From an uncultured Christensenella sp. (lineage in GTDB: Bacteria > Bacillota > Clostridia > Christensenellales > UBA3700), in NCBI GenBank assembly GCA_910583995.1, contig CAJTYW010000003.1, forward strand, positions 80,492-144,491: a stretch of DNA of 64,000 bases, written 5' to 3'. The translations under genes and the position numbers were made by a program. This document shows positions 9,317-19,249 of this stretch, piece by piece (position 1 is the first letter of the stretch; each line of letters opens with the position of its first letter). The notes under the pieces are model-generated. The model was not told the DNA's origin. It made no database searches and saw only the letters and a program-made list of their open reading frames with translations.

Positions 9317-9345
9317 TTGACATTCAATAATATTAAATATATAAT
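9317..9345 (+). promoter_or_regulatory. Perfect consensus sigma-A promoter TTGACA-17-TATAAT driving the phage-type activator, with a 0A-box heptamer TTCGACA at 9285-9291
   Basis: TTGACA at 9317-9322, 17-nt spacer, TATAAT at 9340-9345. Confidence 0.7.
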
Positions 9346-9380
9346 AATTGAATATTATTGAAAACACAATGGAGGCGAAA

Positions 9381-9956
9381 ATGGAAAACTTCTTATGGCA
9401 AAAAACTTTGTTGGATATGTATCATACTTTTGATAGAATTGTGATTATATTGGACAATAAATTCAATCGACTGGTGTCAAATTCACTGCATAACAATAAT
9501 ACTACTTTTTTATATGATGAAATGTTGACTTTTATGGCAAGAAAAAACAATTGTTTGACGGCAAAATCAATTGTTTGTAATGCTTTAGATAAATTATCTG
9601 CTACAAATCAAAATATTTTAAAATTTTATTATAAAGACAAAATGTCCTTTAAGGACATTGCAAAGAAAGAACAAATAAACATCAGACAAATTTTTAGGAA
9701 TTTTGATAAGGAATTATCAAAGTTTGCCTATTATTTATCCCAAGATGGTTATGACACCACGGTTATTGAAAAAGAGTTTGGTTCAGATAATCTGTTTGCC
9801 AATACTTATCAAAGATTAGAGAAAAAGGCAAATGACAAGGCAAAGACTACTATCCAACTTACAGAAGTATATGTTGATAACAAAAATAAAAATTATCAAT
9901 CTACTTCAAACTTTGTTAATGAAAATTTTGTTGCCGTCAATTCTTTTATTCGTTAA
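9381..9956 (+). CDS. Phage late-gene transcriptional activator, ArpU/RinA-like (sigma-70 region-4-type HTH)
   Basis: ALDKLSATNQNILKFYYKDKMSFKDIAKKEQINIRQIFRNFDKELSKF matches the sigma region 4 pattern. Lies just upstream of the terminase block. Start chosen after GGAGG; ATG 9369 is also possible, while TTG 9348 falls at or before the predicted TSS. Confidence 0.65.
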   Translation: MENFLWQKTLLDMYHTFDRIVIILDNKFNRLVSNSLHNNNTTFLYDEMLTFMARKNNCLTAKSIVCNALDKLSATNQNILKFYYKDKMSFKDIAKKEQINIRQIFRNFDKELSKFAYYLSQDGYDTTVIEKEFGSDNLFANTYQRLEKKANDKAKTTIQLTEVYVDNKNKNYQSTSNFVNENFVAVNSFIR

Positions 9957-9990
9957 GTAAAATGAGTATTATACTACATTTTTTATTTTT

Positions 9991-10018
9991 AACACTCTTT
10001 AACGGAGTGTTATTTTTT
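9991..10018 (+). terminator. Intrinsic terminator after the activator gene (makes it monocistronic)
   Basis: Stem AACACTC / GAGTGTT followed by ATTTTTT. Confidence 0.75.
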
Positions 10019-10077
10019 ACGATAAATGTTTTTGGTCATAGGTTAAGATTTAATTTAATAGATTGTTACTTTATTTA

Positions 10078-10866
10078 TTAATAATCATAAAAATCGTCTT
10101 TTGCGGCTCTGCGTTTGCTGCTTGTTGGTTTAAATAAAAGAAAAATTACAACAACTACCACAACGCATAAGGTAATTATCAAAATAACACGGGTTATTGT
10201 TGCTTTGTTTACAGAAGCTGGTGTTTTTTCTGGGTTATCTGGAGTTAGGTTAGTATTTGAATTTTCCGCATCTGGATTTACTGGATTTGGGTGCGGAGTA
10301 TAAATTATAGTTGGACTACAATGTCTTTTTGGAATATAGCCTATTGTTGCATCAGATAATTTTGCAAGTATGTAAGAGCCATTTTCAGAGTAGGCGATAA
10401 AATCAAGTTTATCATTATTTTTGATTTTACGGCAGTTTGTTTCGCTATCGTTTAAATTGAATATCATTAAAAGTTCGTCTTCATTTGTGGACGATGCTGT
10501 AAGTTTACTACTGCTTACAAAAAACGGATTGGAAATGTTGTTTATTGATTTTTTGCTTAGGTCAGATGATGGAACAAGTCCTGTAATTCCGTTATAGGCA
10601 ACATATCTGTAGGTTACATCATTGATTACTACATCGGGATTTCCTGTTGCTTGTACATAATAGGTGGCGTTTAATTGAATATTACCGCGTATATTTTGTC
10701 CTTGTGGAATCATTAATGTATTTTGTTTAATTAAAAAATAGCTTTTTATATTATCTTCTGCAAATACAACATTATTTGCCATTAAAGTTGAACAGCAAAC
10801 AAAGACTAATGTGATAAAGATAAAAAAATAAAAGAACAAATATTTTAATGAAAGTTTATTCATTAT
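10078..10866 (-). CDS. Secreted, C-terminally membrane-anchored protein with SH3b-like segments
   Basis: Start at MNKLSLKY (signal peptide). SH3b-like strings YRYVAYNGITGLVPSSDL and GSYILAKLSDATIGYIPKRH, Pro-rich linker, C-terminal TM plus basic tail. Confidence 0.6.
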   Translation of the reverse strand: MMNKLSLKYLFFYFFIFITLVFVCCSTLMANNVVFAEDNIKSYFLIKQNTLMIPQGQNIRGNIQLNATYYVQATGNPDVVINDVTYRYVAYNGITGLVPSSDLSKKSINNISNPFFVSSSKLTASSTNEDELLMIFNLNDSETNCRKIKNNDKLDFIAYSENGSYILAKLSDATIGYIPKRHCSPTIIYTPHPNPVNPDAENSNTNLTPDNPEKTPASVNKATITRVILIITLCVVVVVVIFLLFKPTSSKRRAAKDDFYDY

Positions 10867-11000
10867 ATGCCCCCTTAATTTGTAGATTAGAGATATTTTA
10901 GCAATAAAATTCAAAAAAAACTTTCTACAATTGTAAAAAATTGTCATAAAAGACTTGATAATTACAAAAAAGGCTTAAAAATGGATATAGGAGAGTTGGA

Positions 11001-12431
11001 ATGAGCGAAAAAATCGATGACATAGTAAAAAGGATTCTCAGTATTGAAAGAGAAGAGATAAGACGTAAAAATAAAAATTGTCTACAGTATTATAATACGG
11101 GAGAAAAAGTTCATAAAAAACAGCTTGAGTTTCACAAGTGTTTAAAACGCAATCGCTGGGTATTTGGTGGTAACAGAAGCGGCAAGACAGAGTGTGGTGC
11201 GGTGGAAGCAATATGGTGGGCAAGAGGGATTCACCCATATAGAGAAAATAGACCTAATACAATTGGTTGGGTTGTATCATTGTCATACGAAGTGCAAAGA
11301 GATGTTGCTCAAGCAAAAATATTACATTATTTAAACCCAGATTGGATAGAAGATATTGTAATGATGTCAGGAAGAAAAGGAGCACCTGAGTATGGTATCA
11401 TAGACCATATCGTAATTAAAAATGTGTTTGGTGGTTTATCTAAAATAGGGTTTAAAAGCTGTGACCAAGGAAGAGAAAAATTTCAAGGAACATCGCTTGA
11501 CTATGTTTGGTTTGACGAGGAACCGCCTTATGATATTTACGAAGAGTGCATTATGCGTGTGCTTGATAGGCGCGGGGAAGTATGGGGAACAATGACCCCA
11601 CTTAAAGGACTGACTTGGGTGTATGAAGAGATTTACCTTAATAAATCAAATAATCCTGAAGTATGGCATATTCACATTGAATGGGGGGATAACCCATTTT
11701 TGAATAAAAAGGAAGTGGAATTACTTACAAAAACATTGAGTAGTGAGTCTGTAGATAGCAGAAGATTTGGTAATTTTTCGGCAGATAGCGGGCTTGTTTA
11801 TCCTGAATTTGACCCTAAAACTCATATTGTTGAGCCGTTTTCAGTGCCAACAGAGTGGCAGGATAACATTGCTATTGACCCGGGGCTTAACAACCCGCTT
11901 GCTTGTTTGTTTTTTGCAGTGGACTATGACGGAAATATTTATGTTGTAGGGGAACATTACGAAGCAGGACGGGATATTGACTACCATACTGAAAAGATTT
12001 TTGCTTTGGCAGATAAGCTAAATTGGCATAGAGATAGCAAAGGCAGGCTTACAGCACTTATTGATAGTGCAAGTAAACAACATACCTTGGCATATAGCAA
12101 AAGTGTTGCAGAACTTTTTTATGAAAAAGGCATTGTGGTAAATCCTAATGTTAACAAAGATATGTTTAGTGGTATAGCAAGAGTTAAAGAATACCTTAAA
12201 GCTAGACCGCAAAAAATATTTATTTTTAAAAACTGTGTAAATCTTATAAGAGAATTAAAGTCATATTGGTGGTCTAATGGTGATAACCCAAAAAAGGTGG
12301 ACGACCATACACTAGATGCACTCAGATATTATATTATGACAAAGCCATCACTTAATGAAAGCAAACTAAAAGAGCTAAGTGAGATTGAAAAGGACAAAAC
12401 CAAACTTATGAGAAGATTGAGAAGGTTGTAA
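11001..12431 (+). CDS. terL: Phage terminase large subunit
   Basis: Walker A-like GGNRSGKTECG, Walker B LDYVWFDEE, C-terminal nuclease-type DDHTLDALRYY. Confidence 0.9.
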   Translation: MSEKIDDIVKRILSIEREEIRRKNKNCLQYYNTGEKVHKKQLEFHKCLKRNRWVFGGNRSGKTECGAVEAIWWARGIHPYRENRPNTIGWVVSLSYEVQRDVAQAKILHYLNPDWIEDIVMMSGRKGAPEYGIIDHIVIKNVFGGLSKIGFKSCDQGREKFQGTSLDYVWFDEEPPYDIYEECIMRVLDRRGEVWGTMTPLKGLTWVYEEIYLNKSNNPEVWHIHIEWGDNPFLNKKEVELLTKTLSSESVDSRRFGNFSADSGLVYPEFDPKTHIVEPFSVPTEWQDNIAIDPGLNNPLACLFFAVDYDGNIYVVGEHYEAGRDIDYHTEKIFALADKLNWHRDSKGRLTALIDSASKQHTLAYSKSVAELFYEKGIVVNPNVNKDMFSGIARVKEYLKARPQKIFIFKNCVNLIRELKSYWWSNGDNPKKVDDHTLDALRYYIMTKPSLNESKLKELSEIEKDKTKLMRRLRRL

Positions 12432-12474
12432 ATGGAGCATTTAACTAATTATTATAAGTGTCAAGGGGGAGAAA

Positions 12475-12798
12475 ATGGCTGTTAAAAAAAGCAAACGTGA
12501 AATTATGCTAGATACGCTTTATAAAAAAGGTATAGGTTACAAGACGGAAGAAATTGTGGAAGAGTACGCAAGCGAAGAAAAAGGCGGAGAACTTTTAAAA
12601 AGGAAAGTAACCGTAAAAAATGTGCCACCCGATGTTGTAGCATTAAAAGCGTATCTTGATATTTCCAAACAAGCGGACGAATTTAACAATTTGAGTGACA
12701 GCGAATTGCAGGCTGAAAAACTCAGATTGCTCAAATTATTAAAAAATATGGAGGATAAAAATGAAACTGGCGAATTTGAAAGTAAAGGTAAGGTGTGA
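12475..12798 (+). CDS. Phage hypothetical protein (possible small terminase / DNA-recognition subunit)
   Basis: 107 aa, basic N-terminus and coiled-coil C-terminus, adjacent to terL. The assignment is positional only. Confidence 0.4.
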   Translation: MAVKKSKREIMLDTLYKKGIGYKTEEIVEEYASEEKGGELLKRKVTVKNVPPDVVALKAYLDISKQADEFNNLSDSELQAEKLRLLKLLKNMEDKNETGEFESKGKV

Positions 12799-12988
12799 TT
12801 TCGGACTTTGTAAAAATACTGCAAAGTACGAAATTTATGAGGACGGAGTGCTAGCACGCAGAAAGATTTATTTGTGTGAAGATTGTGCAAAACAAATGTT
12901 TGAGTTGTTATCAAAAGAGTTTGTGCCTAAAAGTCCGATTAATGTAATAAACAGGTCAGTAAAAAGACAAGGAGAAAAGTTGCAATGA
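12761..12988 (+). CDS. Phage small Cys-pair (zinc-ribbon-like) protein
   Basis: RBS GGAGGA. CDFGLC ... CEDC pairs. Overlaps its neighbours on both sides. Confidence 0.5.
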   Translation: MKLANLKVKVRCDFGLCKNTAKYEIYEDGVLARRKIYLCEDCAKQMFELLSKEFVPKSPINVINRSVKRQGEKLQ

Positions 12989-14862
12989 AAAAAATAGATT
13001 TTGCAGAAGATATTGTTAGAGAAGTTTTACAAGACTTTGAAAGAATAAGCGATGAGAGAAAAGCGCTTGAGAGCCAATGGCGACTTAATATGAATTTTGT
13101 GCAAGGCAATCAATATTGTGAAATTTCTCCTGTCGGCGATGTTGAAGACTATGGAAAGCAGTATTTTTGGCAGGAAAGAGAAGTGTTTAATCATATTGCA
13201 CCTATTATTGAAACAAGGCTTGCAAAACTTGGAAGAGTACAAGCAAATGTAAGTGTGCGTCCGTTTAGCCAAGATGAAAAAGACATTAATGTTGCAAAAC
13301 TTTCCACAAGTGTTTTAAAAACCATTTCTGAAGAAAACAAGCTGTCTGAAATAATGATGCAAAGTAATATTTGGAGTGAGATTTGCGGTAGTGTGTTTTT
13401 TAAGGTGATTTGGAATTCGGAAAAAGGTAGAGCAATAGGAGAGACCAAAGATAAAAAGCTTATTAAAGAAGGGGATATTGATATTGTTTTATGTCCGCCT
13501 TACGAAATTTTTCCGGATAAAATAACTAACAATAGCATTGAAGATTGCAAGTATTTGTATCACGCAAAAGTTTATTCCGTAGAAGAAGTAAAAGAGCTTT
13601 GGAATGTTGATGTAGAGCCACAAACTCTTCAGGTATTTGGGTTTGACAATGTGCCTAATGGTGGTGGGCTTGGCTATACTGCAAACAATGCAAGATATGC
13701 GACTTCGAATAAAGAAAATTCCTGTCTTGTAATTGAAAAGTTTGAAAGGCCTTCTAAAAAATACCCTAAAGGTAGACATATTATTGTTGCGGGCGAAAAA
13801 TTAGTTATTGCAGAAGATTTGCCATATCAAACGGAACAAGATGGCGGTTATGGATTGCCTTTTGTCAGAAAAACTTCGCTTGAGAGTGTAACTTGCTTTT
13901 ATGGTTTAAGTATTGTTGAAAGAATTATTCCTGTACAAAGAGCATACAACGGAATTAAAAATAAAAAGCACGAGTTTATGAATAGGATAGCAATGGGTGT
14001 GCTTGCCGTAGAAGATGGTTCTGTTGATACGGATAATTTGGAAGAAGAAGGGTTGTCGCCAGGTAAAGTTTTGATTTATCGTGGTGGTTGCAATCCGCCT
14101 AAAATGCTAAATATGGGCAGTGTGCCAAGCGAATTTGACAGTGAAGAAGCAAGGCTTGAAGATACATTTGTTAATATTACAGGCGTAAGTGAATTTATGA
14201 GAAGTTCCAGCCTTCCTGCAAATGTAACTTCAGGTGTTGCTATCGGATTGTTACAAGAGCAAGATGACACAAGAATATCTATGTCCGCTGAATCTATAAG
14301 AAGTGCGGTAAAATTGATTGGACAATTGATTTTGAGATTATACAAACAATTTGCTGTTTCAAGAAGATTAAAAAGAATTGCAGGGGATAACGGAGAAATA
14401 CAATTGCTTTATTTCCAAGGTTCGGATTTGGCGTCAGATGATTTGGTATTTGATACAGATAATGAGCTTAACGAGACACCTGCTAACAGAAGAAGTATGG
14501 TAATTGAACTTGTTAAAATGGGAATGTTTAGAGACTCTGACGGCAATATGAGTGAGAGAAGTAGGCTTAAACTTTTGGAAATGCTTGGATTTGGTAACTG
14601 GGAGTCTGTACAAGATATCAACGAATGCCATAGAGTAAAAGCACAAAAAGAGAATTTGGATATTTTGCTAAAAGACATATCCGCTATGGAATATGACAAT
14701 CACCAATTGCATATTGATGAGCATATAAAAGCAATTATCAACGAAGAAAATAAAGAGCGTGTACAAAAATTAGACGCACATATTAAAGAACATCAAATGT
14801 TGCTTGCAATGACAAGTATGAATAACAATTTATTAATGGAGGACAATAATGCAGGAGAATAA
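12985..14862 (+). CDS. Phage portal protein
   Basis: 625 aa, positioned between terminase and scaffold/capsid. Size and order are typical of portals. Confidence 0.75.
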   Translation: MKKIDFAEDIVREVLQDFERISDERKALESQWRLNMNFVQGNQYCEISPVGDVEDYGKQYFWQEREVFNHIAPIIETRLAKLGRVQANVSVRPFSQDEKDINVAKLSTSVLKTISEENKLSEIMMQSNIWSEICGSVFFKVIWNSEKGRAIGETKDKKLIKEGDIDIVLCPPYEIFPDKITNNSIEDCKYLYHAKVYSVEEVKELWNVDVEPQTLQVFGFDNVPNGGGLGYTANNARYATSNKENSCLVIEKFERPSKKYPKGRHIIVAGEKLVIAEDLPYQTEQDGGYGLPFVRKTSLESVTCFYGLSIVERIIPVQRAYNGIKNKKHEFMNRIAMGVLAVEDGSVDTDNLEEEGLSPGKVLIYRGGCNPPKMLNMGSVPSEFDSEEARLEDTFVNITGVSEFMRSSSLPANVTSGVAIGLLQEQDDTRISMSAESIRSAVKLIGQLILRLYKQFAVSRRLKRIAGDNGEIQLLYFQGSDLASDDLVFDTDNELNETPANRRSMVIELVKMGMFRDSDGNMSERSRLKLLEMLGFGNWESVQDINECHRVKAQKENLDILLKDISAMEYDNHQLHIDEHIKAIINEENKERVQKLDAHIKEHQMLLAMTSMNNNLLMEDNNAGE

Positions 14863-15448
14863 TACAGTAGAACAAATAGCTGAAGTAACACCGGATACAA
14901 CAATTGAGTCTCAAGAAATAGAACAAACTCAAGCGAATGACAACATATCCGACAATGAAGAAACAGCTGTCTCTTATGGTAAATTCAAGTCAGTAGAGAG
15001 CTTATATGAAGGATATCAACAATTACAAAAGGAATTTACAAAAAAGTGTCAAGTATTAAAGGAACTTGAAAATCGTGTTGGAGATAATAAACATATTCTA
15101 GATAAAATGATTGAAGTAAATCCTGAACTAGGGCAATTTGCAGATGAGCTTAAAAATGTCAGCGATGTAAGCGGTATAAGTTTAAAACTAGCCGAATTGC
15201 TAGCTGGCAAAATCAACGAGCCTTGCAATATTATAAATGACGAGAATTTTTTGAATAATTATGTTTATCAAAACGAAGGTATAATTAACAAAATTGTATC
15301 CGATTATTTGGATAGTCTTGTCAGTATAAAAATTCCGCAAACAATTTCAAAAGGCGGAAATTCGTATGTGTCGCCTACATACAGACCGCGTACTTTAAAT
15401 GAGGCGGGTAAAATGGCGAAAAAATTTATAGAAACACGGAGATTTTAA
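14849..15448 (+). CDS. Phage scaffolding protein (putative)
   Basis: 199 aa, acidic and helical, immediately upstream of the capsid gene. Confidence 0.6.
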   Translation: MQENNTVEQIAEVTPDTTIESQEIEQTQANDNISDNEETAVSYGKFKSVESLYEGYQQLQKEFTKKCQVLKELENRVGDNKHILDKMIEVNPELGQFADELKNVSDVSGISLKLAELLAGKINEPCNIINDENFLNNYVYQNEGIINKIVSDYLDSLVSIKIPQTISKGGNSYVSPTYRPRTLNEAGKMAKKFIETRRF

Positions 15449-15451
15449 AAT

Positions 15452-16615
15452 ATGGTAAATTTGGAAACAGCAGATAAAGCGTTAAAAAGTGTATATTTGG
15501 GTGTAGTTACTGAGCAATTAAATGCACAAGTAAATCCATTGCTTACAAAAATCGAACAAACTTCAAGTGATGTTTGGGGTAAAGATATTATTAAAGTTGT
15601 ATCTTATGGCTTAAATGGTGGTGTTGGTGCAGGTGACGAAATCGGTAGTCTACCTATGGCAGCAGGTAACAACTATGCTCAATATAAATTGGAGCTTAAA
15701 AACCTTTATGGTAGCATTGAAATTTCAGATAAGGCAATCAGAGCTTCTCAAAGCAATGTTGGTGCTTTTGTTAATCTTCTTAACGCTGAAATGGAAGGTT
15801 TGTTAAAAGCTTCTAAGTATAATCTTGGTAGAATGCTTTATGGCGATGGCGACGGCAAGCTTGCAAATGTTGCAAAAGCAGCAACTGCAGCTACAAACAC
15901 TATTAGCTTAACAAGTGTTAAAAAAGTTGCAATTGGTATGGTTATTGACGTTATTGATAACAGCGGTAGCAAGAAAGTATCTCAAGCTAGAATTATCGAT
16001 GTTGATAGAGCAACAAAATCAATCAAAATTGATAAGCAAGTATCAACTCTTGCAACTACAGATTATATCACTATTCAAAACTCAAAAGGTTATGAACTTA
16101 CAGGTTTAGGTGCGATTTTTGGCACAAAAGACATTTATGGTTTAAAGAGAAGCGAAAACACTTGGCTTAATCCATATACAAAAAATGTTGGCGGTACACT
16201 TGATATGGGTACTATTCAAGAAGCAATTGATTTTGTTGACGAAACAGCAGGTTCTGCAGTTAACTTTATCACTTGTGCTTATGATGTTAAAAAGGAATAT
16301 ATCAAAAACTTGTCTGCTAACAGATTGAATGTGGATTATATGACTTTGGACGGCGGCTTTAAAGCTTTGTCTTACAGCGGTATTCCTCTAGTAAGCGATA
16401 AGTTTATCGAAGGTGGTGAAATGTATTTATTAAATACAGATGACTTTAAAATGCACCAACTTTGCGATTGGAGATGGCTTGAAGGGGATAATGGTAATGT
16501 TATCAAACAAAAACTTGGTAGTCCTACATATACTGCTACTTTGGTTAAATATGCTGATATTGTTTGCGACAGACCTTGTGGTCAAGCAAAACTTACCGGT
16601 ATTGTGTGTGAGTAA
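15452..16615 (+). CDS. Phage major capsid protein
   Basis: 387 aa, positioned after portal and scaffold, good RBS. No protease gene is present. Confidence 0.75.
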   Translation: MVNLETADKALKSVYLGVVTEQLNAQVNPLLTKIEQTSSDVWGKDIIKVVSYGLNGGVGAGDEIGSLPMAAGNNYAQYKLELKNLYGSIEISDKAIRASQSNVGAFVNLLNAEMEGLLKASKYNLGRMLYGDGDGKLANVAKAATAATNTISLTSVKKVAIGMVIDVIDNSGSKKVSQARIIDVDRATKSIKIDKQVSTLATTDYITIQNSKGYELTGLGAIFGTKDIYGLKRSENTWLNPYTKNVGGTLDMGTIQEAIDFVDETAGSAVNFITCAYDVKKEYIKNLSANRLNVDYMTLDGGFKALSYSGIPLVSDKFIEGGEMYLLNTDDFKMHQLCDWRWLEGDNGNVIKQKLGSPTYTATLVKYADIVCDRPCGQAKLTGIVCE

Positions 16616-16618
16616 TTT

Positions 16619-16987
16619 ATGAAAGAGCTTAGATTGATTAGTACGAATTGTTATAATATTCCCGAGCGTGTTAGAGAGTTAGATGACGATTACAGATTGT
16701 ATTATAATGTTAGACGAAATGTAATTGAACTTCATAATTTAAGACATATTCCTACCTTTCAATTAGTGCTTCCGTATAGTCAATTGGATACGCGTACTAT
16801 TGAATATATAAGGCGTACCAGAGTAGATAAAATTATAAACGAAATAAAAGAGATTGATGAGTATAATAATAATTTGGAAAATAAACTAATCAATCAAACT
16901 CTTGACGAAATTCACGAAAAAACCAAAAGCGTAATAAACTATATGAATAGGGGTGGAAGTCAAATTCCCTCCTATTCTGAATTGTGA
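16619..16987 (+). CDS. Phage hypothetical protein
   Basis: ORF in the tightly packed structural block. Confidence 0.55.
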   Translation: MKELRLISTNCYNIPERVRELDDDYRLYYNVRRNVIELHNLRHIPTFQLVLPYSQLDTRTIEYIRRTRVDKIINEIKEIDEYNNNLENKLINQTLDEIHEKTKSVINYMNRGGSQIPSYSEL

Positions 16988-16996
16988 GGGGATAAT

Positions 16997-17539
16997 ATGA
17001 AGGTTGAAGATGTTTTGACAGAAGTGTTGATAAGGTTAGGTGACAGGGATAAGTATGACATTATGAATTTGCCACAAGACGATGAAGAAATCAATACAAT
17101 AGTTAAATGTATTAATATGGTTATTTCTGAAATAGCAAGTGACTATTTGCCTGTTGAATTTGAAGAAGAAGTGGAAGTAATTAATGGTGTTATACCTTAT
17201 GATAATTTGTCAAAAAAATTGATTAATTTAAAAAATGTCACTAAAAACTCAACAAAAATCGACACTAAAATGTACCCTAATGAGCTTTTAGTTAAAGCTG
17301 ACGGTATGGTACGAGTGCAATATATGTATATGCCGAATGCAGTAAAACTTGGGGATATTATTTCACTTTCTCCTAAAATTACACTTATGCTTATCGTGTA
17401 TGGTGTGCTAGGAGAGTATTGCTTGCTACAAGGTAGATATGAAGATTCTAGCTTGTATGACAAAAGATATCGTGAAATGCTTAAAATTGCTTGTAGGGTT
17501 ACAAAAGAAATAAAGTTAAAACACGGTTGGTGGAATTAA
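16997..17539 (+). CDS. Phage hypothetical protein (possible head-tail adaptor)
   Basis: RBS GAGGGG. Positioned after the capsid gene. Confidence 0.5.
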   Translation: MKVEDVLTEVLIRLGDRDKYDIMNLPQDDEEINTIVKCINMVISEIASDYLPVEFEEEVEVINGVIPYDNLSKKLINLKNVTKNSTKIDTKMYPNELLVKADGMVRVQYMYMPNAVKLGDIISLSPKITLMLIVYGVLGEYCLLQGRYEDSSLYDKRYREMLKIACRVTKEIKLKHGWWN

Positions 17540-18876
17540 TGAAAAGAATTTATTACAAAAAATTTGTAAGTACCCGAAAGGTTAAGGTTGCGAATTTTAA
17601 AGGTGTAAGTCGTGACTGGTATTCAAAAAGCTTGCCTATTGATTTTGCTTTAAAACAAGAAAATCTAAAGATTGTTAATGGGGCATTGATTCCGTCAATG
17701 TCTCCAAAAAGCATTGAGCTGACTTTTGACGAAAGCATAAACAAGGTAATTCCTTTTTATGATAATGGTACTAAATTATTTGTCGCTTGCAGTGATTCAA
17801 ATTACATAATAGAAGAAAATAACGGCGAAATAATAAAAACGAAAATTGAAAAAGACTGCGAAATAATAGATAGTACCAATTATAAATATGGCGAAGATAA
17901 CTTTGTGATTTTAGCAACAGATGTCGGCGTTAAAAAATTAATAGGTGGCGTGATTGAAAGTAGCGATGTAGATTTGAAATTTAGCAATATTTGCAATCAT
18001 TTTTACAGAATATTTGGTGCAGAAAAAAATTCGACTAAACTACTTTTCAGTGACGATTTTGCACCATTTAACTGGGAGCAAAGTATTGACGAAGGTGGAT
18101 ATATTAATTTATCTTTTGACTATGGCAAGATAACAGACATTATAAGTTTTAATGAATATCTTGTGGTATGTCAGGAAGATTGTTTTACAAAGATTACTGC
18201 TTATTCTGAGCAGGATTCCTTTGTTGTAAAAACTATAACTTCGCCAAGTAACATTAAGGAAGGTAGCACAGTAAATTGCGGAAGTCAGGTAATGTATGCA
18301 ACTGGTAACGGATTTGGTATTTTTGACGGATATGATTGCAGAACAATTTGCGAAGAACTTGCGGGATTTTTAAAAGACTCGGATATTGAATCAGTTGCAA
18401 CAAGCGATTATTGTTATTTTTTGTGTAAGGACAAGTCTAGCGATATTAAAAATAACTATATTATTGCTTATAATTTGCTATACAGAGATTATCATTTTAT
18501 AACGGAAAATGAAGCTGAATTTCTTGTAAAAGTTAAGTTTAATGGCGAAGAAAAAGTGCTTATCGTATGTGACAAAGAGATAAAAGTTTTGTCAGCGGAT
18601 ATTAATAGCAGTAATAAAATATGGCGTTCAGGCAGTATTGATTTTGGTAATTCTGCAGATTTTAAACTTTTAAGAAGAATAGAGTTTGGTGGTAATACCA
18701 TTATTGATTTAAAAATTGCAGTAGACGGCAAAAATTATTTTTTTAATATCACAAATAAAAGAAGTCAACTGCTGAATTTAAAAGGTAAGGAGTTTGAAAT
18801 AGAAATTGCACCAAAAGGTAGAAATATCAATGTTCCGTCACCTGTGATTGAATATTCAGTATTGGAGGAAAATTAA
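17539..18876 (+). CDS. Phage hypothetical structural protein, 445 aa
   Basis: ATG overlaps the previous stop (TAATG). Beta-rich sequence with no motif recognised. Confidence 0.55.
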   Translation: MKRIYYKKFVSTRKVKVANFKGVSRDWYSKSLPIDFALKQENLKIVNGALIPSMSPKSIELTFDESINKVIPFYDNGTKLFVACSDSNYIIEENNGEIIKTKIEKDCEIIDSTNYKYGEDNFVILATDVGVKKLIGGVIESSDVDLKFSNICNHFYRIFGAEKNSTKLLFSDDFAPFNWEQSIDEGGYINLSFDYGKITDIISFNEYLVVCQEDCFTKITAYSEQDSFVVKTITSPSNIKEGSTVNCGSQVMYATGNGFGIFDGYDCRTICEELAGFLKDSDIESVATSDYCYFLCKDKSSDIKNNYIIAYNLLYRDYHFITENEAEFLVKVKFNGEEKVLIVCDKEIKVLSADINSSNKIWRSGSIDFGNSADFKLLRRIEFGGNTIIDLKIAVDGKNYFFNITNKRSQLLNLKGKEFEIEIAPKGRNINVPSPVIEYSVLEEN

Positions 18877-19241
18877 TGAATAAGTTAAGCAATGTGCTTG
18901 AAGAGTTGGAAAATAAATTTGATAGACTAAGACAAAAAGTTAAACAAAGCAAAGTTATTTGTAAAAACAATACAGAATCAAGTCCGCAAATAGTATTTGC
19001 TCATAATGTGTATGGAGCAAATAAAATTTTAACCTACGATATTACTGTAAGTGCTTTAAAGCCTGTTAATATTGTTATTAAACTTGATGATGTAATTATA
19101 AGTACTGTGCAAGGACTTATGGCGTATGGTGAAATATTGCTTAAGTCAAATAAACTTTATAGTCTTGTAGTTGAATGTACAGGTGAGAGTATACTTGCCG
19201 GCAAGCTTAAACTTGAGAGTGCTGACCTTAGGGTAATATAG
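18876..19241 (+). CDS. Phage hypothetical protein
   Basis: TAATG overlap with the upstream gene. Confidence 0.55.
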   Translation: MNKLSNVLEELENKFDRLRQKVKQSKVICKNNTESSPQIVFAHNVYGANKILTYDITVSALKPVNIVIKLDDVIISTVQGLMAYGEILLKSNKLYSLVVECTGESILAGKLKLESADLRVI

Positions 19242-19249
19242 GAGTAAAT

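Noticed and set aside
10078-10866. SH3b-like protein as the missing endolysin of the island
   Set aside because: It has no catalytic hydrolase domain, is on the opposite strand, and is predicted to be membrane-anchored at its C-terminus.
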